A stretch of DNA of 64,000 nt. Source: Octopus sinensis (lineage: Eukaryota). Made by a program: the position numbers and the translations under genes. Shown piece after piece: positions 50,351 through 62,037 of this stretch. Numbering within the stretch: the stretch's first letter is position 1; the number at the start of each line of letters is the position of its first letter. Below the pieces are notes generated by a model. That model ran no database searches. It was not told the origin of the DNA and was given only the letters and a program-made list of their open reading frames with translations. The DNA is taken from NCBI RefSeq assembly GCF_006345805.1, contig NC_042998.1, positions 11,470,001 through 11,534,000 on the forward strand, given 5' to 3'.

Positions 50351-51234
50351 AAAGTTGTATTAGTTTCCTTTATAATACAATCATTAATTATTCAGTGTAA
50401 AAGAAAGCGCAAGTTTACTGAAGTTAATCTGTCTACATAATATAGAGTTTATGTTAGAATTTTATTCACACTAAAGGCAAAACTAAACCCACAGTAAGGG
50501 ATTTGTAAACAACCGCATATCTAGTCCAAACGGCACTAATCGGGCAGCGAGTCTACGATATAGTGTATGCGTCAAATGATACAAGGGGGGTTCTCCTAGG
50601 GGATTTAGTGTAGGGAGGGTTGTGTTAGGGTTTATTTTTTTAATAGATGGGCGATGGAGCATGTTTTGGCCGATAGTGGGCGATATTGCAATTCGGCGTG
50701 AAACATTGTTTCCAACTTATGCCAGCATTAACAAAGGATGTTAAATGATGATGATGTCGATGGTGGTGATGATGATGATGATGATGATGTGTGTGTGTGT
50801 ATAGACATACATACATGTATTTGTATATGTTATATTATTTATTAAATGATATAGAACCTGCATTTTATTCACAAGAAACCTCAATTTATACAATTTGCAG
50901 CAACTAGACATTTGCCATTTGTGAATACTCCACTGATATCAACTATGCTACAAAATAATCACGCGGAAATTACTCTTTTCTATACAACTTACATTTCTGT
51001 GTTATCAGATTAAGTGCTGACCACCGTCACTCGCGAACGAGTATGGATTTTGTCAGACGTTCCACTTATTGTTTATGAAGCTTGTGTTTTTGCGAAAAGA
51101 CACAGACATTTTCTCAGCTTTCTTTCTTTTGACCTAGCAGAAGATTCAGGTTTGTATTCTTGTGGTTGTAGTAGTTTTGTTGCTGTTACTTTTGTTGTTG
51201 TCCTTTTGTTGTTGTCCTTCCCTTCCTCTGTCTT

Positions 51235-52157
51235 CTTCTACAGGTGTTGCAAAGAGTGACCGGTAGAGCGGAAATGGCGTGAGACCAGGCTGTCATTGCC
51301 GAGGCGGATGTCTCGGAGGTGTTCTGCGAACCGGTCAGCCAAGCGGAGTCCCGTTTGTCCGATGTACAGAGAATGACTGAGAGTGCAGGAGATGCAACAG
51401 ATGATATTGGTAGAAGTGCAGGTGAAGGAGACGGGAGACTACAGAGCGAGTTCGGGGGAAGAGAGCAGATGCACGTTCTACGGAACGTGCTATGGCAAGG
51501 GCGGAGTGGATAGTGGTGAGGGGATATCCACGTAGGATGAAGTGGCGAGCCATGAATTGAGACTGAGTCTCAAAATCATGGTCGTTACTACAGAGCCTGC
51601 GTAGACGGAGGAATTTGGAATAGGGGATGGAAAGTTTGGTGTGTTTAGTGTGGGAGGAGAAGTTGAGGTATGAGTGCGAGTCTGTGTGTTTATAGTGGAT
51701 GGAGGCGGTAAGAGTGGAGTGATGAATGCTAACCGAAATGTCAAGAAAGGAGATAGTGCAGAAGAGGTGGAGGGCAGGATGGAAAGATTTGACAAAAGAG
51801 AGGAAGGAGTCTAGATGTTCACGGGAGAGTGAGGTTGCAACGATACAGTCGTCAATATAACGGCCATGTAGTTCGGGAGTGGGACCAGTGAAACTTGAGA
51901 ATATTTGGGCCTCAACATAGCCAACGAACAGGTTTGCATAGTTGGGGCCCATTCTCATTCCCATGGCCACTCCCGAGCAATGCTGGTAGAAATCGCCCGC
52001 GAACGAGAAGCAGTTGAGTAAGAGGACAAGTTCGGACAGACGAACGAGTGTGGAGGTGTCGGCTTGGGGGTTGGGTCGGAGGTCAAGGAAATGTTAGAGT
52101 GCACGCTGCCCCTCATGATGAGGGATCACTGTGTAAAGGCTCTGGATGTCGAGAGTG
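51235..52157 (-). mobile_element. Penelope-like element relic: RT plus GIY-YIG endonuclease
   Basis: DIQSLYTVIPHHEG, GVAMGMRMGPNYANLF, RYIDD, YKHTDSHSYL, then CISC..SLYIGQTG.RLADRFAEH and VSRHF. Confidence 0.92.
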
Positions 52158-52233
<76 letters not shown>

Positions 52234-52371
52234 ATGCATTGTTTGTAGAAAACAAATCCGGAGAAGAAGCACACTCTGAGTTGTAGAGCAGTTAATATTA
52301 TAATAGAGGATGCCGGTTTATTGGGTTATCCTGGGTTTCCCGTCCATAATGGGTTTCACCTTGCAGCGTAT

Positions 52372-52552
52372 CGTGAAAATAACATACACATCTCATTTTA
52401 ACAGGTATATTTTCTAAAATTACATAAAAATATCTTAAAATACTAAAGAGTAAATTTTTTTAATAAAAACGCTACTGGTTTCAACCACGGCCTCCAGACG
52501 ACTTCGGAATCTGCTCTTGGCGGTCTCCTTGCTTAAATGTTGCCATAATCCT
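52372..52552 (-). mobile_element. maT-like transposon 3' end, paralog of 31341-31510
   Basis: catctcattttaaca...aattacataaaaatatctt.aaatactaaagagtaaattt shared; RFRSRLEAVVET peptide. Confidence 0.65.
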
Positions 52553-53050
52553 TACCTTCAGTTCATCTTTACCTTCAGATTCGCGGGCATCTGACAGAAA
52601 TCTGTCTCTGTCGAGTTTACATTACCGATTCGATAAATGTAAGCCTGAAAGAGGCGAGTATAATAACTAATATTATTAATTAACGGTTTGCAGCCGTTTA
52701 CTCAGTATAAGGAAATTAAACATCTATTATGTATACCTTTATCTACCTCTGAAGAGATTCGACTTTCAAACGATCTTTAATTAAAGTAATTTTCTGAGAA
52801 CCTAAATGGCACCAGCTGTGAGGGATGTTGGTCAATTTTTATATTAATAAATAATAATTTATTAATTACCTTTCTATTCTCTCATCTTATTATAATAAAT
52901 AATATATATATATATATAAACCACGGTTTATACAGTTACCTCGCAGTGGAGTATTAAATAGAATGTTCAATACTCTTTGTATAGGTAATTAACCAGTACT
53001 TTCATGGGATTTTTCTATCTCTAAATGAGGTTTGTAATCTTTAATTATGC

Positions 53051-53093
<43 letters not shown>

Positions 53094-53136
53094 ATATATA
53101 TAATATATATATATATAATATATATATATTATATAT

Positions 53137-53211
<75 letters not shown>

Positions 53212-53449
53212 TACATATGGCTGTGTGGTAAGTAGCTGCTTACCTTACTTGACAGAAGAGTTCGCATTTTCATGCTACTTGGAAGTCACGTCCTTCGACG
53301 TGAAATATTGAGTAAAAGCACAGATGTATAAAGAAGTTTTAAAATGGGAAATAGCATTGGGGGGGGGGGAATAAGAGATCATCATCTGTAACCACTGACT
53401 TCAATCGCTAGCAAGTAAATGAATTATTCACCTGAACGGACGATCAAAA

Positions 53450-54190
53450 TCCGTAAGCCAATTGCTCAACTGAATTGTGATCATATGCTTCAGAGTATAT
53501 GGCGGAAGCTGTTGGGTATGGGAAAGTGAGAGTCTGTTAAGTGGGTACCTCGACAGTTCACCGCTGATTTGAAGTGGGGAAAGGTGAAAATCTGTTCTGA
53601 TCTGTAAAGACACATTTTTCTCCGAGCTGTTGACAAGGGATGAAATATGGGTATATCTTTGATTTGGAAATGAGGTCTCAATACAAGAAACGGCGTCACA
53701 CTTCTTCTCCAAAGACTAAGGTGTTCGAGAGCGAAAGATGATACAGAAAATCATGATGATTGTTCTCGAGGATGACATGCGCGTCATTCTCTCTGAAGTT
53801 TTGTACATGGCTGTACCTCGAACAGTGAGAGATACACTGAAACACAAAAAGATGCTCAGAGAAACCATTAGGAGAAAGAGGTCAGCCAAAAATTTGAAAA
53901 CGATCCACAATCACCATAACAACGCACGACCACATACATCTTTGGCAACCGAGCAGGCAATTGGCTAATTTAGATGAGAAGTGGTACACAGCCTGGATCT
54001 GGGGCTCCCCAACTTCAGTCCAAGGAAAGTCAGTCTCTTTAGACAATGATCTGATGACAAGGACAAGGTAAAAGTTGTTGTGAAAAAATAGGTACAACAA
54101 CGTACTCCTAATTTTTCCCCAAGACGGATTCGAGGTTTAGTTTCATCGATGATGCAACTACATCGCATGCGATTATTACGTTATGTAATC
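53450..54190 (+). mobile_element. mariner (DD34D-like) transposase relic
   Basis: KWVPRQFT, IRRKR, HHNNARPHTS and collinear degenerate motifs. Confidence 0.75.
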
Positions 54191-55282
54191 ATAGTTAGTT
54201 TGCTCAACTGCTATGAAGAAGTTGACCGACATATGTCAATTAAAGTTGTATTTAGTAGTGCTTTGATTTCGGAATGAATCATTTGCGCGCGCGCATCTGT
54301 GTGCACGAACACGCGCGTGCGTGCATGCATGCTTGTGCATGTGCATGTGTGGGGGGTCGCATATTCGAGAGTGTTTTTAAGTTGTAACGTTAATGCTTTC
54401 CCGAGTGTAAACTGAAGATGCAACTGAAGTTCTGCTTCATCTATTATAATTCTATTTATACCTAAGATACATTATTAATGGAGCCCTAATATTACCAGAG
54501 AGAGTATCACTGATTCGACTGCATATGAAGAGTAGATTTTAGTTAAATTACAAAAGTAATCATAAATGGTCGCTCATCGTGGTAGGAATCGCAACGAAAT
54601 CTCATTCAAATCACCTCATACAGACTCTAAAAAGAAATAACACATTAGATAATGTGCTTTGAATTACAGTTTAGGTAAAAATGAAGGATGGTCACATCTG
54701 GAATATTGTTGACCATATGTACAGTTGATTAGGACTGACCTAGGGCTAACCAACAGCAGACATAGCATCAAATATAGACCTTGGATTGTAAAGCAATCTT
54801 CATTAACCTCTACCAGTATCATTAAAAATTCCAAGGTAGATAACTTCTATTCTGCTTGTGTTCAAATTATTTCCCTTGAATACTTTTTTAATTGTTTATT
54901 GTAACCAGTAAATATCAGTGTTAAATTCAAAGGTGTTTAAGTCTACAACGCATTTCGCCATTTCTGTCCCTTGATCCATTGTTAGAAATATCGTTAGAAA
55001 AGCATGAATTTCACTTACAATCTTCTCCAATATATCTCTAGGTTTTGTCGTTTGAAATGTGACGCAGAATATGAAGGAGATTTATCTCCCTTGTAGCAGA
55101 TTAGTTTATATAAACAACACAATCGACGAAAACTTTTAATAGTAAAAATTTTTAATGAATCACTTCATTTCTAGGTAAACTTGTAAATATTACCTATTTC
55201 CCTTCTGACTATTTTTAGCCCTGGGCCAGCTTTGTAACCATTTTAAGCCATGGGTCAGTTTTGACTGATTTCCAAATAACCA

Positions 55283-55697
55283 TTCTCTTTTATTCTTTTA
55301 CTTGTTTCAGTCATTTGACTGCGGCCATGCCGGAGCACCGCCTTTAGTCGAGCAAATCGACCCCGGGACTTATTCTTTGTAAGCCCTGTACTTATTCTAT
55401 CGGTCTCTTTTGCCGAATCGCTAAGTAACGGGGACGTAAACACACCAGCATCGGTTGTCAAGCAATGCTAGGGGGACAAACACAGACACACAAACATATA
55501 CACACACACTTATATATATATATACATATATACGACAGGCTTCTTTCAGTTTCCGTCTACCAAATCCACTCACAAGGCATTGGTCGGCCCGGGGCTATAG
55601 CAGGAGACACTTGCCCAAGATGCCACTCAGTGGGACTGAACCCGGAACCATGTGGTTGGTTAGCAAGCTACTTACCACACAGCCACTCCTGCGCCTA
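55283..55697 (-). mobile_element. SINE family A
   Basis: Full-length reverse-complement match. Confidence 0.92.
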
Positions 55698-55914
55698 AAC
55701 AACCAAAAAACTAAAACTTCAACCCACATCCTTGAAACTTTAATATCCACAATTTCATGTGAAAGTTTTACCCTCTAATATGTAGACATACAAACTTAGT
55801 AACACAAACTTCCCAACATCTGAACGTACAATAACACATTGTCTGTTACTACTCATTATTCCACAAAACAAATATTTTGCTTGTTCTGCTTATTCTAATA
55901 TATCTTCTATCGCT

Positions 55915-56120
55915 AAACGTTAGCACGCCGGGCGAAATGCGTAGCCGAATTTCGTCTGCCGCAACGTTCTGAGTTCAAATTCCACCGAGGTCGACTTTGC
56001 CTTTCATTTTTTCGGGGTCGATTAACTAAGTACCAATTACGCACTGGAGTCGATATAATCCGTCTGTCTGTCCTTGTTTGTCCCCTCTGTGTTTAGCCCC
56101 TTGTGGGTAGTAAAGAAATA
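55915..56120 (+). mobile_element. SINE family B
   Basis: aacgttagcacgccgggcgaaatgc...gagttcaaattcc...ttgtgggtagtaaagaaata. Confidence 0.9.
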
Positions 56121-56189
56121 ATTATTATTGTTCTTGTTGTTGCTGTTATTATTATTTATTATTATTATTATTATTATTTATTATTATTA

Positions 56190-56224
<35 letters not shown>

Positions 56225-56255
56225 TACTATTACTATTACTATATTATTATTATTA

Positions 56256-56287
<32 letters not shown>

Positions 56288-56330
56288 TATCATTATTACT
56301 ATTATTATTATCATTATTATTATTATTATG
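56121..56330. repeat. (ATT)n array at the SINE tail
   Basis: Direct inspection. Confidence 0.95.
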
Positions 56331-56770
56331 TGAGAGAGATGTGCATGCCATCAAAGTGACATTGGGGTAAAATATACGAAACCCAGTATACCCATCATTA
56401 CTACACGTCTGATAAGGGTACACCAGGCACATACACTACAACTAAATATGCGCGACATGGTGAGCGTATGACCTTGCAGGTGGAGCCCAGTTAGAATTTT
56501 CTTCAGGTCGAGTAGCCCTTCCCGCTCAAAATGTCCTCGAATAAGGGTTGCTGAAGGATGTAGAACGAAACACCCATATTTTCAAACCCCAAAGAATTCT
56601 TTTCAACACATGGCTATGATGCTACCCCCACTACTTCTGCTCGTGATGAGATGCACATATCGTCAGTCACTAAAGGACATGCTCAAGTGGTTATGGTCAA
56701 ACAACTGACAAGTAAATCTGTGGTATTGAGCAGAATATTTGTTGTAACCCAGCAAGACAAGACAAAACAA
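56331..56770. repeat. Probable interspersed repeat of unassigned class
   Basis: Mixed-composition block bounded by (ATT)n and (TGT)n arrays; recalled as a recurrent octopus repeat but single-copy in this window. Confidence 0.3.
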
Positions 56771-56814
56771 TGTTGTTGTTATTATTATTGTTGTTGTTGT
56801 TGTTGTTGTTATTT

Positions 56815-56882
56815 TATTGCACAACTTCTAACGCTTGAGATCTACTACTGTGTTACCTGTTCACTGACAGTGAACTAAGGTT
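56815..56882 (-). mobile_element. R4/Dong-like 3' UTR fragment
   Basis: tgcaca.cttctaa.gct...gttcact.nn.agtgaactaagg matches 10122-10185. Confidence 0.6.
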
Positions 56883-56884
56883 TT

Positions 56885-57010
56885 ATTTGTTCCTTCTCGA
56901 GCCACGCCTGGCTCATAACTGGTTTCCCGGTTTCCTGTTTTCCTTGGCATATAGGTTCCCCACCTGGACGGGATGCCGGTCCATCGTAGGTGAGCCGCAA
57001 GATGCAGGAG
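56885..57010 (-). mobile_element. SINE fragment with a V-domain-like motif
   Basis: Minus strand cctacgatggaccggcatcccgtccaggtgggga. Confidence 0.5.
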
Positions 57011-57056
57011 AATTGATGAATGGTGTTTTTTTTTCTGATGTTTTATATATATGTAT

Positions 57057-57088
<32 letters not shown>

Positions 57089-57095
57089 GATATAT

Positions 57096-57131
<36 letters not shown>

Positions 57132-57950
57132 GTGGTATAAATATCAACACAATTAATTCTCCTTCCTCCCTTTTTTTCCTCTCTTATCCTTTCTTCCCTT
57201 CTCCAAACTCACACCCACCCACCCCCACACACACACGCTCTCTCCCTCACTTTCCCCTCATCCATCATCCTCTTGTACTGTCTTATATTCCTCCCCACCA
57301 CTACAAACTCAATACCACTATAAAATGGCCAAAACTTTTCACACAGGAACTTAGTTTGATTTGAAAACCCCACAAGAATGGGAGAAAGCGCTAATACATG
57401 ATCTAAGTTATGTGATGTATAAAAAATGTAATATACAAATAAATATCTCTAAATATAAACCATCCGATTTTCTGAGAACCTCATTTCTTCTCATATAAAA
57501 TACATCATCTCCAAACCTTCCAATATGTATGTATATATACATGTGTTTATATATTCATATATATGCATTTATATGTATATGTACGAGTGTGTGAGTGTGT
57601 GTGTGTATATATATTTACTGGATTGCTGACATTTGTCAATAGTTTTCCCGATCGTAAAAATGTGTCATTTTTTTATCATTAATAAATCAGTAGGCATTTT
57701 TGGCGACACGGGTATGCAAGTTATTTTTAAAAAAGCACAACAGACAACTATACAAAGTAAGATCTCTGGAATATATATTTGATATTTGGTGTATTGTTCA
57801 CCGAAGGAAGAAATTTCAGACATGAGTATTTATAAAAATGAATACAAAATAAGATAACAAAATAGAGAAATAAGCTCAGAGTTTCGTACATCGTTAAAGT
57901 TACGACATTAGATAGGTATAAAGATAGATATAAAAAAATATAATAAAATA

Positions 57951-58117
57951 TAGGAGTGGCTGTGTGGTAAGTAGCTTGCTCACCAACCACATGGTTCTGG
58001 GTTCAGTCCCACTGCGTGACATCTTGGGCAAGTGCCTTCTGCTATAGCCACGGGCCGACCAATGCCTTGTGAGTGGATTTGGTAGACGGAAACTGAAAGA
58101 AGCCTGTCGTATATATG

Positions 58118-58195
<78 letters not shown>

Positions 58196-58402
58196 TGTGT
58201 CTGTGTTTGTCCCCCTAGCATTGCTTGACAACCAATGCTGGTGTGGTTACGTCCCCGGCACTTAGCGGTTCGGCAAAAGAGACCGATAGAATAAGTACTG
58301 GGCTTACAAAGAATAAGTCCCGGGGTCGATTTGCTCGACTAAAGGTGGTGCTCCAGCATGGCCGCAGCCAAATGACAGAAACAAGTAAAAGAGTAAAAGA
58401 GT
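57951..58402 (+). mobile_element. SINE family A
   Basis: Full-length match. Confidence 0.93.
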
Positions 58403-58417
58403 ATGTGAGCTGCCTAA

Positions 58418-58735
58418 GCGTCTTTTCATGTCGGGAAGATTGTATGTAGCAGACGATAGAATTTCACTGAAGCACATGAGGTAAAATGAAGGTGTTTCTT
58501 TAGAATTAGAACGTTTTAGTTGAGTTGTTATAAAATTTGTGAGAGATGGACTGTACTCGCGTCTCTTCATGTCGGAGAGATTGTGTGTAGCAGACGATAG
58601 GATTTCATTGGAGCGCATGCGTGGGATTAAGGTAAGAGTTTCTTTTAGAGTTAGAATTATAATCGAGAAGAGATTTAAGTATAATCCGTAATAGTTGTTA
58701 TTTAACCCTAGGTCAGCCCGAATCAAACACACGCA
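58418..58735. repeat. Unassigned repeat: two ~141-bp tandem units plus tail
   Basis: gcgtct.ttcatgtcgg..agattgt.tgtagcagacgata at 58418 and 58559; paralog at 59941-60170. Confidence 0.85.
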
Positions 58736-58763
58736 CACACACTCTCTCTCACACACACACATA

Positions 58764-58794
<31 letters not shown>

Positions 58795-59280
58795 TCTTTC
58801 TCTCTTTCACACACACACACACACACTCTCTCCCTTTCTCTCTCTCACACACACGCACACACTCACACACACTCTCTCTCTCCCACACACACACTCTCTC
58901 TCACACACACACACACACAAACTCTCTCTCTCTCTCACACACACACTCTGTCTCTCTCATACACTCTCTCTCTCTCTCTCCCACACACACAATCTCTCTT
59001 AGTGTGTGTAAGAAATGTTTGGTTTCTGAAAACAGTCGCTTGATTTGCAAAAAAAGATTAAAAAATAGGGAAATGTTCTTGAAGTCAGTTCCTACCATCT
59101 TAAAAGAAAAGAAAGAAAAAATGAAACACATACTTGATAATATAATCATCCATATACAATGGGTAAAAAATAAAAGATGACTTCGTCATGGCTGGTCTGC
59201 CATTCATCATGGGTCAGTTGAATCAAGACTTTTTCTGTTAGTGTATAAATCAACTTCAAACGGGACGAATACTCTTTTTT

Positions 59281-59683
59281 TTTTTACTCTTTTACTTGTT
59301 TCAGCCATTTGACTGCGGCCATGCTGGAGCACCGCCTTTAGTCGAGCAAATCGACCCCGGGACTTATTCTTTGTAAGCCCAGTACTTATTCTATCGGTCT
59401 CTTTTGCCGAACCGCTAAGTTACGGGACGTAAACACACCAGCATCGGTTGTCAAGCAATACTAGGGGGACAAACACAGACACACAAACACACACACACAC
59501 ACACATATATATATACATATATACGACAGGCTTCTTTCAGTTTCTGTCTACCAAATCACAAGGCATTGGTCGACCCGAGGCTATAGCAGAAGACACTTGC
59601 CCAAGGTGTCACAAAGTGGGACTGAACCCGGAACCATGCGGTTGGTAAACAAGCTACTTACCACACAGCCACTCCTGCGCCTA
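59281..59683 (-). mobile_element. SINE family A
   Basis: Full-length reverse-complement match. Confidence 0.93.
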
Positions 59684-59940
59684 TATATGTTTTTTTTTTG
59701 TCTACTATTCACAGAATGAAGAAATGTCAAAACAAGAAAATATCAACAAATAGAGCTGAAACGTAAACTTACCGTTTCGTTGCATTAGATGGACGATTGT
59801 AGGAAAAATGTCAGAACTTAATGTTTTCATAAGAGAGAGGAAGAAAAGAAACTTCATTGATACACACCTCTATTTACTATTGTAGTGACGTGAGTTTTCA
59901 TTGAAATGAATACAAGTTAAGTAGACTGGACAAGATATTT

Positions 59941-60170
59941 TAGTTGGATTGATATAAAATTTGTGAGAGGTGAGCGGAGACGTACAAGTGTCTCTTCATG
60001 TCGGAGAGATTCGGTGTAGCAGACGACAGGATTTCAATGGAGCGCATGCGTGGGATTAAAGTAAGCGTTCTTTAGAGTTTGAACTAATGTGATCGACAGA
60101 GATTTAAGTTTTATACGTAATGGCTGGTTATTAGCCCTAGGTCAGCCCGAACCAAACACACACACATACT
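59941..60170. repeat. Paralog of 58518-58735
   Basis: ataaaatttgtgagag, gtctcttcatgtcggagagatt, ggagcgcatgcgtgggattaa and ccctaggtcagcccgaa shared. Confidence 0.85.
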
Positions 60171-60388
60171 CTCTCTGTCTCTCTCTAACACACACACACT
60201 CTCTCTCTCTCTCTCTCTCTCTCTCCTGATCGGTCGTGTTATTCTTTGCTCCACAGTGAAAGATTGTTTTTGTGTTGAAAAGTTTGAAAATTTGCTGTTT
60301 TGGTCATCGAGGCCATTTCAATTCTGCTGTTGCAGCAGAGTTCTGCTGTTCTTTCCCCCTTGTTTCAAGGGGGAAGTGACGAAAAGAC

Positions 60389-62010
60389 ATGAATTTGCAA
60401 CCAGTCTCCTCCGAGTCGGAGGAAAACGTTGAAAATTTGTTTGAAGGCATGAAGGCGAAAATGCGGGAGGAGGAAGGTAGAAGTAAAGAGACGTCTCACG
60501 CGAGCGTCACAAAAGCAGACGACAATATGTCTGGCGAAGTTAGTAAACGACAAGAAAAGGCAAAAATAAATTTTGCGAGTGCAGCAACTCGCCCCTGTGA
60601 AAATATAGTCATCAACAAGGAAGAATTAAAGAAATACCAAGGACTACTAAAAAAAGAAGGTGATAATGTGAAGTTGTTCCCTCCCAGTGAATTGATTTAC
60701 GCGACGGAGAGAAAAACTGTCATATACAAGACTTATAATGTCAAAAATAAGAAAATTGACTTCGTACAGAGAGAAGCCATTGAAAAATGTTTGAGGCCGA
60801 TATGGCAACAAACAAGTTATATAACAAGGGGTAGTCGCTTCGGCACGGTAGAGGTGCGTTTCCCTAGCGAAGAAATAGCTAGGGAACATTCAACAAGAAC
60901 GTTGAAGTCGGAAGAGGTAGTTCTTTTACCATTTTATTTAGGAATGAGAACTAGTAGAATAACGGTTACGGACATTCCGCCGAAATAGATGTGGACTTCA
61001 TAACAGCAGCGATTCTCTTAGGCAAAGAGGAAGAAATCGCCATTCTTCAGTCTAAAAGATATCGCCCCACAACCTGGTATGGACAGGACTTAGAGCTTGT
61101 GATCCAAGCGAACCCCTCGGACTTGGAAAAATTGCCAAGCACCCTCACCATTGGAGATACCACCTTGATGGTAATAGTCGAGGGAAGAAAACCGAGATGC
61201 TATAAATGTGGCGAGAAGGCCACATACGGTCGAGCTGCAAGAAGACAGCGAAAGAAAATACTACAGAGGCAAGCACGACGCCAAAAACAACTTCACCGCT
61301 AGAAATAGCAGCCACGTCGCGCCCCAATTGCCGAAATTCAGCCGACAACGGGAGAAAACAACGACAACAACGATGACAACAACAACAACAACATCCAGGA
61401 GTGGATCAACGTGGAAGCTTCAAAAAGAAGACGGAAACGGAAAAATCCACCCTCTTCGGATACACAGGACTATACTCTGACACAGACAAGCACACCCACA
61501 CCCACAAATACAGTCGCAAACACACACGTAGCCAAAAAAACACACACACTGGAAAAAGCACACACACTGGAAAAAGCACACACAAACACTCACACACCTA
61601 CCACAAGCACGCACACACCTACAGACACCCACGCTTCTACAAGCACACACACACTCACAAACACACACACACAGCCCCCTCCACAATCACCTAACAAAAA
61701 AAAAAGAAACACTTTCACGGCGATAAATAAAAACAATAACCCATTAAGGGAAAAAATTAATTTACTGAAATCGGCGAAAAAATATATCGCAACAGATATA
61801 AATAGTATTATATCCGAAAATGTAGAATTTTACACGATAGATAACGAGGATTATTTTGAAATTAAAAAATCTTTTGCGGAGGACGTAGGCCCGTTACAGA
61901 TGAACTTTTCAAGCCATCTGTACAAGCAATTCGCAAAGAAACTGACCTCGCAAAACACAACACTCACAGACAGAAAAGATGAGGGTGAAAACTACCCTCT
62001 CTTCTGTTAA
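60389..62010 (+). pseudogene. Tx1 ORF1 (gag-like) with CCHC zinc knuckle, disrupted
   Basis: GSRFGTVEVRF RRM-like segment; CYKCGEK-GHIRSSC across a 1-nt frameshift near 61220; stop at 60986-60988. Confidence 0.8.
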
Positions 62011-62037
62011 AACAGTAAGTTTTAAACATTCGACTAA

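Noticed and set aside
58304-58762. 152-aa ORF with the repeated peptide EILSSAT.NL.DMKRR
   Set aside because: The peptide repeat reflects the 141-bp DNA unit; the ORF starts in a microsatellite and ends in a SINE
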